Shown here piece by piece: positions 19,255 to 28,488 of a DNA stretch of 64,000 nt. The stretch is taken from positions 5,048,545-5,112,544 of the forward strand of contig JAXGYF010000001.1 in assembly GCA_040772385.1 (NCBI GenBank), written 5' to 3'. The stretch comes from Candidatus Vecturithrix sp. (GTDB taxonomy: Bacteria; Moduliflexota; Moduliflexia; Moduliflexales; Moduliflexaceae). The position numbers and the translations under genes were made by a program. Position 1 is the stretch's first letter; every line of letters begins with the position of its first letter. The notes beneath the pieces were generated by a model. The model did not search any database. It was given only the letters and a program-made list of their open reading frames with translations, and had not been told where the DNA came from.

Positions 19255-20682
19255 ATGACAAGAGCATATAACACAGTGACTCCGGCAATCGTCGCGGAAT
19301 TGAGGCGGATTGTCGGCGACCGCAATGTGCTGTTCGGCGATCCTGACCAATTAGAAGCGTATGGTCACGACGAAGTGGCTGATCCGCATTATGCCCATGC
19401 GCCTGAAGCGGTCGTAAAACCGGTGACGGCGGAAGAGATTTCCCGAATTATGCAATTAGCCAACCGGGAATTGATTCCGGTCACGCCGCGAGGGGCGGGC
19501 AGCGGACTCTCGTGCGGGGCTGTTCCGATCCATGGGGGCATTGTGCTCTCGGTGGAACGCATGAATAATGTGTTGGAGATCGATCCTGGTAATATGATGA
19601 TTACCGTCGAATCCGGGATTGTGACCAACCAAATCAATACCATCCTGGAAGAATATGGCCTGTTTTATGCCGGGTATCCGATGAGCCTGGAAACCTGCTT
19701 TATCGGTGGTAATGTCGCCGAAAATGCCGGCGGCGGAAAAGCCATTAAATACGGCGTCACCGATCGCTATGTGCATGGCCTGGAAGTCGTGCTGCCAACC
19801 GGCGAGATCATTGAATTAGGGGGAAAGCGGGTTAAGGATGTCACAGGCTATGATCTGCTGCACCTCATGGTGGGGTCTGAGGGCACGCTGGGAATTTTTA
19901 CCAAAGTCACACTGAAACTCCTGCCCCTTCCAAAAGCCAAAGTTGACTTGCTGGTGCTCTTCAAGACCGTCCAGGAGGCCATTGATATGGTGCCGGTTAT
20001 CATGACAGAAACCGGCATTATTCCGACCGCCATCGAATTTATGGATAAATTGTCTGCGCAAACCTCTTGCCAATATCTCAATGAACAATTTGCGTATCAA
20101 GAAGCCGGGGCCATGCTCTTAATCGAGCTGGATGGCACGAATGATGAGATTGTGGAACAGCAATACGAAGTTATTGGCGACACCTGCTTGAAGCGCGGGG
20201 CAATAGAGGTGTATGTGGCAGATAATTACACGACTCAGGAACGGGTTTGGAAAGTTCGCAGAAATATTGCCGAGGCCTTTAAAGTCTATAGCCCGGTGCA
20301 GAGCCTTGAAGATATTGTTGTGCCTTTCGCCCAAATCCCGGACTTAATCAGAGAAATTGATCTGCTCTCAAAGAAATATGGAGTGATTATACCAAGTTAC
20401 GGTCATGCCGGCGATGGCAACCTGCACTCGACCCCGATTAAGCCCCCTGAAATGACGATGGAACAATGGTACGAGATTTTGCCGAGCATTCTGGAAGACC
20501 TCTATATCAGTACCGCCAAATTGGGAGGGACAATCAGCGGCGAACACGGAATCGGGTCAAAACGCAAAGGGTTTATGAAGCTCGTCATGCAGCCGGAGGT
20601 GATTGATGTCATGAAACGGCTGAAGGTCACGTTTGATCCAAACAATGTCTTAAACCCGGGGAAAATTTTCCCTGAGAATTAA
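19255..20682 (+). CDS. FAD-dependent lactate dehydrogenase (GlcD / FAD-linked oxidase family; LctD-like partner of EtfAB)
   Basis: An FAD_binding_4 N-domain (RGAGSGLSCGAVP) precedes an FAD-linked oxidase C-domain. The gene lies downstream of etfBA and upstream of larA. The start is ambiguous between 19189 and 19255. Confidence 0.75.
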   Translation: MTRAYNTVTPAIVAELRRIVGDRNVLFGDPDQLEAYGHDEVADPHYAHAPEAVVKPVTAEEISRIMQLANRELIPVTPRGAGSGLSCGAVPIHGGIVLSVERMNNVLEIDPGNMMITVESGIVTNQINTILEEYGLFYAGYPMSLETCFIGGNVAENAGGGKAIKYGVTDRYVHGLEVVLPTGEIIELGGKRVKDVTGYDLLHLMVGSEGTLGIFTKVTLKLLPLPKAKVDLLVLFKTVQEAIDMVPVIMTETGIIPTAIEFMDKLSAQTSCQYLNEQFAYQEAGAMLLIELDGTNDEIVEQQYEVIGDTCLKRGAIEVYVADNYTTQERVWKVRRNIAEAFKVYSPVQSLEDIVVPFAQIPDLIREIDLLSKKYGVIIPSYGHAGDGNLHSTPIKPPEMTMEQWYEILPSILEDLYISTAKLGGTISGEHGIGSKRKGFMKLVMQPEVIDVMKRLKVTFDPNNVLNPGKIFPEN

Positions 20683-20724
20683 TTGAATCATCTGATGTAC
20701 TCCACCCCGGCCCCTCTCCAAAGG

Positions 20725-20885
20725 AGATCTGACAAGGGTAGGTATTTGATGCTGACGCCTCGTCCGCCCAGCCATTAATGGCCGGTCTCAAGGCCGAAGC
20801 AGGCTGAAGCCCGCTGCTGAATTCCGAAGGGCGCTTCAGCGTCCTTCGGCTTTGAGACTGGCGATTGATCGCCAGGACGGGTCTT
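20725..20885. repeat. Repeat family A intergenic element
   Basis: Near-identical to the 6560-6715 copy: CCTCGTCCGCCCAGCCATTAATGGCCGGTCTCAAGGCCGAAGCAGGCTGAAGCCCGCT...CTGGCGATTGATCGCCAGG. Confidence 0.7.
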
Positions 20886-20923
20886 TTGGGGAGGAGTTGG
20901 AGAGGGGATGCGTAATATGAATT

Positions 20924-22192
20924 ATGAAAGTAGATCTTAAATACGGCAAACAGGGATTGACTGTTGAATTTCCTGATGAACATGTGACCGTAATCGAACC
21001 GGAATTTGTCGCCGGTCTTGCGGATGAAAAATCCGCGTTTTTTGAGGCGTTGCGCCAGCCAATCGGCTCGAAGCCGCTCAAAGATCTGATTAAGCCGGAG
21101 GATACGATTGCAATCGTGTTCTCTGATTTGACGCGGCCGGTTCCGAATACACGGATTATTCCATGGTTATTGGAAGAATTAGCGTTTCATCCCAAAGAAC
21201 GCATCACGCTGATCAACGCTACCGGAATGCACCGGATTAATACGGAAGACGAACTGATCAGCATGCTGACGAAAGATGTGGTACAACAGTACCGGATTAT
21301 CAATCACGTTTCCACAGAGAAGGAAACGCTGACCTCTCTGGGGACAGATTCGTTTGGCGGCCCAATTTATGTCAATTCAGAGTATTATCGCGCCGATGTC
21401 AAAATTTTGACCGGCTTTATTGAACCGCACTTCTTTGCAGGCTTTTCAGGCGGGCCAAAAGCGGTGCTGCCGGGCGTGGCCGGCGCAGAAACCGTCATGT
21501 ACAACCATAACGCGCGCATGATCGGCGATCCAAAGGCCACGTGGGGCATTACCAAAGGAAATCCGCTCTGGGAAGAGATTCATGAAGTCGCTGTCATGAC
21601 CCACCCCACCTTTCTGATCAATGTCACTCTCAATAAAGATCGCGCGATCACCGGGATTTTTGCGGGCGACCTGGATCAAGCTCATGCGCAGGGCGTAGAA
21701 TTCGTCAGAAAAACTGCTATGCAGCCGGTCGAACACGCGTTTGATATTGTAGTCACCACCAATTCCGGTTATCCCTTAGATATTAATCTGTATCAAACCG
21801 TGAAAGGCATGTCTGCGGCCCGAAAAATCGTCAAAAAGGGCGGGAGCATTATCGCGGTGTCCGAATGTTGGGATGGGATTCCGGAACATGGCAACTATAA
21901 GAAAATTTTACATGAAGCGACCTCGCTTCAGAATATCCTGGATACAATTCATGCGCCCGGATACTCGCAATTCGATCAGTGGGAAGCGCAAATCCAGGCC
22001 ATGATTCAGCTCTGGGCCGATGTGTACCTCTATTCTTCGCTGTCTGAAGATGAAGTGAAAAAAACGCATATTACCCCAATTCCGAGCATTGAAGCGTGTG
22101 TTGCAGAATTGCAGCACAAATACGGTCCAAACGCCTTAATTGCCGTCCTGCCCGAAGGCCCGCAAACTATCCCGTATCTGCTTGAGAATTGA
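20924..22192 (+). CDS. larA: Nickel-pincer-dependent lactate racemase (LarA family, DUF2088)
   Basis: A 422-aa LarA-like sequence in the same orientation directly downstream of the EtfAB-LDH genes, matching the A. woodii lctF position. Confidence 0.8.
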   Translation: MKVDLKYGKQGLTVEFPDEHVTVIEPEFVAGLADEKSAFFEALRQPIGSKPLKDLIKPEDTIAIVFSDLTRPVPNTRIIPWLLEELAFHPKERITLINATGMHRINTEDELISMLTKDVVQQYRIINHVSTEKETLTSLGTDSFGGPIYVNSEYYRADVKILTGFIEPHFFAGFSGGPKAVLPGVAGAETVMYNHNARMIGDPKATWGITKGNPLWEEIHEVAVMTHPTFLINVTLNKDRAITGIFAGDLDQAHAQGVEFVRKTAMQPVEHAFDIVVTTNSGYPLDINLYQTVKGMSAARKIVKKGGSIIAVSECWDGIPEHGNYKKILHEATSLQNILDTIHAPGYSQFDQWEAQIQAMIQLWADVYLYSSLSEDEVKKTHITPIPSIEACVAELQHKYGPNALIAVLPEGPQTIPYLLEN

Positions 22193-22198
22193 GAATGA

Positions 22199-22236
22199 CG
22201 AAAAACCGGATTTCTTCAAGAAACCCGGTTTTTTTA
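22199..22236. terminator. REP-type-1 hairpin GAAAAACCGGATTTCTTCAAGAAACCCGGTTTTTTT
   Basis: Palindrome after the larA stop codon. Confidence 0.6.
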
Positions 22237-22368
22237 TAGGCTATTCTCTTATTCTTCACTTTTTCTGCTTGCCAAAAAATGCGCTATCGTATAGGGCGTT
22301 TTCACAACAACGCTTATGGCCTTGTCTGTCGTTCATCATTCTCAAAGAAGGCAGAAGGAGGGGAAAAC

Positions 22369-23523
22369 ATGAAACCTGTTGTCAGAGTATGCCTCAGTGT
22401 TTTGGTATGTTGGGGGTTAATCGTCAATACGGCCCATGCGGAAGATTCATCACGCAAATTGGGAGTGGACAAACGCCATGTGCTTGCCCAAGACATCCAA
22501 TTTTCGCCTTCAAATGAGGTGTTTCACTGGAAAATGGTGACACCCTGGTCAAGAGAGCTGCTTTTCTATGATATTGCCGCGCACTTCTGCGACAGCGTGC
22601 GTCTGGCTTCGGCCGGTCGTTTGGATATTCGGCCATTTTCAGCTGACGAGTTAGTCCCTGCCATGCAAACGTTCGATGCGGTCAGCCAGGGAATTGTCGA
22701 AGTCGGGCATGATTTTCCGGGCTACTGGAAGGAGAAAAATGAAGCCTTTGTAGCCTTTGCCTCTGTGCCTTTTGGGCTGGATGCCGAGGGGTATAACATC
22801 TGGCTCTATGAAAAAGGCGGACTTGAAATGCTGCAAGAGCTGTACGGCCGCTTCAATCTGTACGCCTTGCCCGGAGGGCAGGTCGGACAGGAAATGGGGC
22901 TGTTTTCCAACAAACGCGCCACGAAAATGGAAGATTTCGCCGGGATGCGCGTACGCACGGTTGGCTGGTATATGGAGATTCTTCACACCCTGGGCGCACT
23001 GGTCAGCCCGCTGCCCGGCGGCCAGGTCTATCTGGCCCTGGAACGCAACATGATTGACGCGGCAGAATTTTCGTCCCCGGCGATGAATTATGCCATGCGA
23101 TTTGACGCCGTGACAAAGTACAGCTTGCAGCCCGGCGTACACCAGCCGGGACTGCAGTGCAATCTCTTTTTCAACCAGGAGGCCTGGGACACGCTGCCGG
23201 AAGACCTGAAATGGATCGTAGATATTGCCGCGCGCGAAACCCAGCTTTGGAGCTACACCTGGGTCAATAACCTGAATGCCGAAGCCATTCGCAGATTTCA
23301 AGAACATATTGAAATCGTCATGATGGATCAAGCCACGCTGATTTCATTTCGAAAAATAACAAAACAGTACCTCGACGATTTGAAACAGCAAGATCCGGAT
23401 GTCAAGAAGGTGCTGGATTCTCAGGAAGCATTTCTCGAAGAGTATGCAGTGTGGCGCAACGCCAGAAGCGGCGCAGCCCCCTGGCCGTATAAAACCTATA
23501 TCTCCGGCAGAACCACAGAATAA
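22369..23523 (+). CDS. TRAP transporter substrate-binding protein (DctP family), orphan with no DctQM permease genes adjacent
   Basis: Signal peptide MKPVVRVCLSVLVCWGLIVNTAHA followed by a DctP-like fold. The ATG at 22369 has a GAAGGAGGGG RBS; the ORF track gives a longer 22279 start. Confidence 0.65.
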   Translation: MKPVVRVCLSVLVCWGLIVNTAHAEDSSRKLGVDKRHVLAQDIQFSPSNEVFHWKMVTPWSRELLFYDIAAHFCDSVRLASAGRLDIRPFSADELVPAMQTFDAVSQGIVEVGHDFPGYWKEKNEAFVAFASVPFGLDAEGYNIWLYEKGGLEMLQELYGRFNLYALPGGQVGQEMGLFSNKRATKMEDFAGMRVRTVGWYMEILHTLGALVSPLPGGQVYLALERNMIDAAEFSSPAMNYAMRFDAVTKYSLQPGVHQPGLQCNLFFNQEAWDTLPEDLKWIVDIAARETQLWSYTWVNNLNAEAIRRFQEHIEIVMMDQATLISFRKITKQYLDDLKQQDPDVKKVLDSQEAFLEEYAVWRNARSGAAPWPYKTYISGRTTE

Positions 23524-23705
23524 GCCGTTCGTCGTTCGCGCTTGAGCGCGTTCTTCCGCCTGAAGGCGGAACTACAAACGGAATAGGCCGTTCGTCGTTC
23601 GCGCTTGAGCGCGTTCTTCCGCCTGAAGGCGGAACTACAAACGGAATAGGCCGTTCGTCGTTCGCGCTTCAGCACGTTCTTCCGCCTGAAGGCGGAACGA
23701 CGAGC
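23523..23705. repeat. Three head-to-tail copies of a ~61-bp double-hairpin unit (repeat family C: GTTCGCGCTTGAGCGCGTTCTTCCGCCTGAAGGCGGAAC)
   Basis: Direct tandem repeats with no unique spacers. Each unit has two GC-rich stem-loops. They lie between the convergent TRAP-binding-protein and DeoR genes, and a fourth copy is at 29495-29560. Confidence 0.8.
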
Positions 23706-23714
23706 GTTGTGGTC

Positions 23715-24542
23715 TTAGGCCATTTGTACCTCTATCCCCAGCCTTTGCAGCGTCGCCTGGGCTTCTTCAGATAGCTCGTTATCGGTGATGACCATGTCAA
23801 AATCCTGCAAATCGGCAAAATAGGCCACCTTGACTTTGCCGAATTTGGTGGAGTCAACCACAAGAATTTTCGTTTTTGCCGATTGCAGTACGGCTTTTTT
23901 GGTGTCAATCTCATACGGATTCGCGCAGGTCACGCCTAAGGTCTCGCTGACGCCGGCTGCAGAAATAAAGGCTTTATCCGCTCGAATTTTTCGGATTAAA
24001 TTGATCCCGTCCGAACTTTCGAACATGAGGGTATTTTCGTGGAAATAGCCTCCGGCAAAAATCGGACGACAGTTCTTTTTGCGGTAAATATCCACTAAAA
24101 TGTTAAGCGCGTAACACAAGATAGTGACCGGGAAATCTTCGCGGATAAATTGGGAAATATTTTCTGTCGTTGAGCCGACATCAAGAATAATCGTATCATT
24201 TGGTTCAATCAGGGCGGCCGCTTTTTTCGCGATCTTGACTTTTTCTCGGGTGCGTTTGGTTTCTTCATTAGAGATAAAATATTTATCTTCATCCTCTTCA
24301 GATCCGTTCTCACTTTTTAGAATCGCTCCTCCAGAGATGAGTTCGATAATGTTGTCATCCGATAGCAGCGACAAATCTCGACGGATCGTCATTTCAGACA
24401 CGGCAAACTGTCTGGTGAGTTCTTTAATGCTCACCGCATTTTTCATTTTTAACAGATTAATAATCTGCTTAATCCTCTGGTTTTTATCGAATTGGTGCAC
24501 AGATTTTTTTACACAGGTGTTCATAAGTAACGACATTATCAA
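23715..24542 (-). CDS. DeoR/GlpR-family transcriptional regulator
   Basis: An N-terminal HTH with ...VSIKELTRQFAVSEMTIRRDL is followed by a DeoR C-terminal sugar-phosphate-binding domain. It is divergent from the ABC transporter operon. Confidence 0.8.
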   Translation of the reverse strand: MIMSLLMNTCVKKSVHQFDKNQRIKQIINLLKMKNAVSIKELTRQFAVSEMTIRRDLSLLSDDNIIELISGGAILKSENGSEEDEDKYFISNEETKRTREKVKIAKKAAALIEPNDTIILDVGSTTENISQFIREDFPVTILCYALNILVDIYRKKNCRPIFAGGYFHENTLMFESSDGINLIRKIRADKAFISAAGVSETLGVTCANPYEIDTKKAVLQSAKTKILVVDSTKFGKVKVAYFADLQDFDMVITDNELSEEAQATLQRLGIEVQMA

Positions 24543-24803
24543 AATCGTTGATATAATCTCGACGGAAATTGTTACATATTTACCATGTTAAATCTAACAA
24601 AGAGACTTGTCAAGAAGTTAATAGATCTTTCCCCTGATAGAAGGAAAAATTTCATCAAATAAAAGGGAATGTAAAAAATATTTCTCAACAAGAATTCTTC
24701 TTGACATAGATAAATTCATTTCTTATGGTGTTAAAGGATTATCAAGAACTGTGACGATAATCTCAAACCAATCATTTTAACCTTAAAGAAAGGAGTCACC
24801 ATT

Positions 24804-25763
24804 ATGCAGAAAAAATTAGGGATAATCAGTGTATTCATGGTCTTGACTGTCACTCTTTTAGGTCTTGAAGGCGCGCTTGCCCAGGAAAAAATTTTGCTGG
24901 GCTTTTCACATGTCGCCATGAACTGCCCGTATTACCTGGCGATGGAACAGGCGGCAAAGGATACGGCGGCGGCTCGCGGCGCAGACATTATTGTATTGAA
25001 TGCGGAAGAAGATATTTCGAAACAAATCGCTGACATTAACAGTCTTTTTGTGAAGGGGATCAAAGGGTTGATCGTGAATTCCACGACAGAATACGGAACG
25101 ATGCCTGTGATTAAAATTGCGAATGGGATGGGGATTCCGGTTGTGGCAATTGATCGCCCGTTGTATGGCGATTATCTGGCGTATGTGGGAATCGATCAGT
25201 GGAAAGCCGGAGAATTACAAGGGGAATATATCACGAAAGAACTTTTGCCCGATGGCGGCAATATTGTGCTGATTATCGGCGACCCCGGATGCCCGGCCTC
25301 AATCGGTCGCGGAAACGGCATGAAGAGCATCCTGGATAAACCTGAAAACGCTGGTAAATATAAAATCCTGGCAACCTATAAAGCCAGTTACAACATGATG
25401 CTGGGGATGCAGAAGATGGAAGAAGCGATCGCGGCGTTTAAGGATGAAATTGATCTTGTGTATTGCGCGAATGATTCGATGGCCTTAGGGGCATTGGAAG
25501 CATTGCGTCAGGCTAAAATGACAGATGTGCTGGTATGTGGAGTTGATGGCCAGAAAGAAGCGTATGAAGAGATCCTTAAAGGCGACCAATATAAATCAAC
25601 CGTGATTAATAATCCGACGGAGATTACCATAAAAGCCGTCAATCTGTTGATAGATTATCTTGAAAAAGGCGAAGAACCAGCAGAACGCGATGTCATTACC
25701 GGAACAATTCTCGTGACGCCTGAGAATGTGAAAGAATACTACGATCAGAATTCGGTGTTCTAA
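24804..25763 (+). CDS. Sugar ABC transporter periplasmic binding protein (RbsB / Peripla_BP_4 family)
   Basis: A signal peptide precedes a ribose-binding-protein-like sequence. It is the first gene of a binding-protein, permease, ATPase, permease operon. Confidence 0.85.
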   Translation: MQKKLGIISVFMVLTVTLLGLEGALAQEKILLGFSHVAMNCPYYLAMEQAAKDTAAARGADIIVLNAEEDISKQIADINSLFVKGIKGLIVNSTTEYGTMPVIKIANGMGIPVVAIDRPLYGDYLAYVGIDQWKAGELQGEYITKELLPDGGNIVLIIGDPGCPASIGRGNGMKSILDKPENAGKYKILATYKASYNMMLGMQKMEEAIAAFKDEIDLVYCANDSMALGALEALRQAKMTDVLVCGVDGQKEAYEEILKGDQYKSTVINNPTEITIKAVNLLIDYLEKGEEPAERDVITGTILVTPENVKEYYDQNSVF

Positions 25764-25778
25764 GCGTATTGGCTTTCA

Positions 25779-25900
25779 TGAGAGAACCCGTTTAAGCTTT
25801 AGTAACTACTTCGCGTTGACGCAAAGGCTCCTTTGCGCTCCTGTTTCAGTTGTATACTTATTTACGAAATCATGTAGTAGTTACTTAAACGGGTTCTCTT
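25779..25900. other. Long intercistronic inverted repeat (~28-bp arms AGAGAACCCGTTTAAGCTTTAGTAACTACT / AGTAGTTACTTAAACGGGTTCTCT around a ~60-bp loop)
   Basis: A perfect long hairpin between the binding-protein and permease genes. It probably acts as an mRNA-stabilising or attenuating stem-loop. Confidence 0.6.
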
Positions 25901-25957
25901 TTCATTTTCGGTTGTTCTGCTTCTCACTTAGAAGTCTTGTAATCATGGGAGACGCCT

Positions 25958-26965
25958 ATGTCGCACAAAATCATTCCCATAATATCGAATTACGGCTTAT
26001 TTTTCATTTTACTTCTACTGATTATCTTTTCATCAATTCTGTCGCCGCTCTTTTTCTCGTACCTGAACATTACGAATTTACTCATCCAATCGAGCTTTAC
26101 CGGAATTTTGGCTATTGGAATGACATTTGTGATTCTCACCGCCGGCATCGATCTGTCCGTCGGAGCGATTGTCGGATTTTCTTCGATTCTGTTTGCGTCG
26201 TTGTTACATGGGGCGATCTTTACCTTCATGCCGGATACGATTTTTATATATGAGGGCGCTCCGAAATTAACCCCGGTCTTCCCCATGCCGTTCAATTTTG
26301 TGTTTGTGCTGTGTATTGGCGTATTGATTGGTTTTCTCAGCGGCTTGATGTCATATAAATTGGGCATCCATTCTTTTATTATCACCCTGGCGGTCATGAT
26401 TTTTACACGAGGATTGGCGATTTCTTACACTCACGGTCAACCGCTGTTTGGCATGCCTGAGTATATCAATTTTCTGGCGTATGGACAATTTCTGCGTATT
26501 CCGATGCCAGTGATTGTCTGGATTATTGCGTCGCTTTTTTCCTTTTTGCTCTTGAAGTACACACGTTTTGGGCGGGGAATTTATGCGGTCGGCGGCGGAG
26601 AGGAAGCCGCGCGGTTATCCGGGATCAATCCGGGACTGTACCGTATCTTTCCTTTCATGGCTTCGGGGTTTTTTGCAGCCCTGGTGGGTGTCATGATGTC
26701 GGGACGCATGGCCTGTGGGGACCCTAAAATTGCTGAAGGATGGGAATTAGATGCGATTGCGGCGGTGGTGATTGGCGGCACCAGTCTGTTTGGCGGCAGA
26801 GGCGGGATTGGAGAAACGGTGGTCGGCGTGCTGATCATGGGCTTGATTATTAATATGATGAATTTATTGGAAATTTCCGCCTATCCCCAACAAATGGTCA
26901 AGGGCGTCATTATCATTCTGGCCCTCGCCTCGCAAAATTTTATGATGAAGAGGAGCTATACATGA
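25958..26965 (+). CDS. Sugar ABC transporter permease (RbsC/BPD_transp_2 family)
   Basis: A polytopic membrane protein with a GIDLSVGAIVG motif. Confidence 0.85.
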   Translation: MSHKIIPIISNYGLFFILLLLIIFSSILSPLFFSYLNITNLLIQSSFTGILAIGMTFVILTAGIDLSVGAIVGFSSILFASLLHGAIFTFMPDTIFIYEGAPKLTPVFPMPFNFVFVLCIGVLIGFLSGLMSYKLGIHSFIITLAVMIFTRGLAISYTHGQPLFGMPEYINFLAYGQFLRIPMPVIVWIIASLFSFLLLKYTRFGRGIYAVGGGEEAARLSGINPGLYRIFPFMASGFFAALVGVMMSGRMACGDPKIAEGWELDAIAAVVIGGTSLFGGRGGIGETVVGVLIMGLIINMMNLLEISAYPQQMVKGVIIILALASQNFMMKRSYT

Positions 26966-28488
26966 GCCAACCGGGAGAATCCGAAACCTTATTATTAGAA
27001 GTGAAAAACATCGAAAAGACGTATCCGGGCGTGCGTGCGCTGGATAATGTGAATTTTGATGTGCGCCGCGGAGAAGTTCACTGCCTGGCTGGCGAAAACG
27101 GGGCCGGAAAATCCACGTTGATCGAAATTATCGGCGGCACGCATAAAGCGGATCAGGGCGCAATTTTACTTAATGGCGTTCCTGTCGAGTTTGCCAGCCC
27201 GAAGCATGCTCAGGAACATGGGATTGCTGTCTTACATCAGGAATTACCGGTGCTTCCCTATCTGACAGTCGCAGAAAATATTTTCCTCGCCCGGCAGCCG
27301 CGAACGAAATTGAAAACCGTGAATTATGCCGAGATGAACCGGCAGGCCAAACAGTGGTTGGATATGATCGCCGCTGATATTCATCCAAAAACCCTGTTAG
27401 GAAAGCTGCCAGTGGCAAAACAACAGATCGTGAGCATTGCTAAAGCTCTTTCCCTTGAAGCAAAGGTCATTATTCTAGATGAACCCTCGGCTGTGTTGAC
27501 CAATGTGGAACTGAAACGATTATTTGAAATTATTCAGGACTTAAAAAAAGAAGATCGCGGCATCGTGTATATTTCCCATCGTCTGGAAGAAATCTTCGAA
27601 ATCGGCGATCGTGTTACGGTGTTACGCAATGGGGGGCTGGTTGGGACCAAAGATATACGCGAGACCACCAAAGAATTGTTGATCAAAATGATGGTGGGCA
27701 AAGACATTGCTGAAAATGAATGGCTGGCGCATGAGACGGTGGTCAAATCTCGATTGCAGAAGAGTTTTTCCGTCAAAGGACTGACGCGCCAGGGCGTGCT
27801 TCAAAATATTTCTTTTGACGTGCATGCCGGAGAAATTCTCGGTATTTTCGGACTGGTCGGGTCAGGCCGAACGGAATTGGCCCGTGCGATTATCGGAGCA
27901 GACCCGCTTGACGCCGGGGAAATCTTTGTACAGCAGAAAAAGGTTCAGATTCGTTCCCCGAAAGAAGCCATTCGATCCGGAATTTGCCTGGCACCCGAAG
28001 ATCGCAAATCGCAAGGCTTATTGTTAGGAAAATCAGTGCAAGAAAATATCACGCTGCCCAATTTGAAAAAACTTAAAGGCATATTCATGCTGAGTTATAA
28101 CAAAATCACGGCATACGCCACTGACTTTGTCCGTAAACTGAATGTCGCCACTCCCTCAGTTCATCAAAAAGTCCGCTTGTTAAGCGGGGGCAACCAACAA
28201 AAAGTCGTTCTGGCCAAATGGCTTGGCATGAATTCACAGGTCTTTATTTTTGACGAACCCACCAGGGGCATTGATGTTGGCGCAAAAGAGGAAATTCGCA
28301 CTTTGATCCGGCAATTAGCGCAAGAAGGAAAGGCGATTATCCTGATCTCCTCGGAATTGCCTGAAATCATGAGTATGGGGGATCGGATCATCGTGATGCA
28401 CAAAGGCGCGGTTACCGGAGAGTTGTTGCGCGAACACGCGACCAAAGAAAAATTACTTGCCTATTCGATGGGGGTGACGCCAGCATGA
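26962..28488 (+). CDS. Sugar ABC transporter ATP-binding protein with duplicated nucleotide-binding domains (RbsA-like)
   Basis: Two Walker A motifs (GENGAGKST and GLVGSGRTE) and two ABC signatures (LSGGNQQK and one in the N-terminal domain). Confidence 0.9.
   Translation: MSQPGESETLLLEVKNIEKTYPGVRALDNVNFDVRRGEVHCLAGENGAGKSTLIEIIGGTHKADQGAILLNGVPVEFASPKHAQEHGIAVLHQELPVLPYLTVAENIFLARQPRTKLKTVNYAEMNRQAKQWLDMIAADIHPKTLLGKLPVAKQQIVSIAKALSLEAKVIILDEPSAVLTNVELKRLFEIIQDLKKEDRGIVYISHRLEEIFEIGDRVTVLRNGGLVGTKDIRETTKELLIKMMVGKDIAENEWLAHETVVKSRLQKSFSVKGLTRQGVLQNISFDVHAGEILGIFGLVGSGRTELARAIIGADPLDAGEIFVQQKKVQIRSPKEAIRSGICLAPEDRKSQGLLLGKSVQENITLPNLKKLKGIFMLSYNKITAYATDFVRKLNVATPSVHQKVRLLSGGNQQKVVLAKWLGMNSQVFIFDEPTRGIDVGAKEEIRTLIRQLAQEGKAIILISSELPEIMSMGDRIIVMHKGAVTGELLREHATKEKLLAYSMGVTPA

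Noticed and set aside
22279-22368. Long N-terminal extension of the TRAP binding protein ORF (start at 22279)
   Set aside because: The extension has no RBS and precedes a clear signal peptide. The ATG at 22369 has a strong GAAGGAGGGG RBS, so that start was preferred.
23523-23705. Possible CRISPR array (three ~61-bp direct repeats)
   Set aside because: The repeats abut each other with no unique spacers. The units are strongly self-complementary double hairpins. No cas genes lie nearby. REP/BIME-like tandem repeats fit better.
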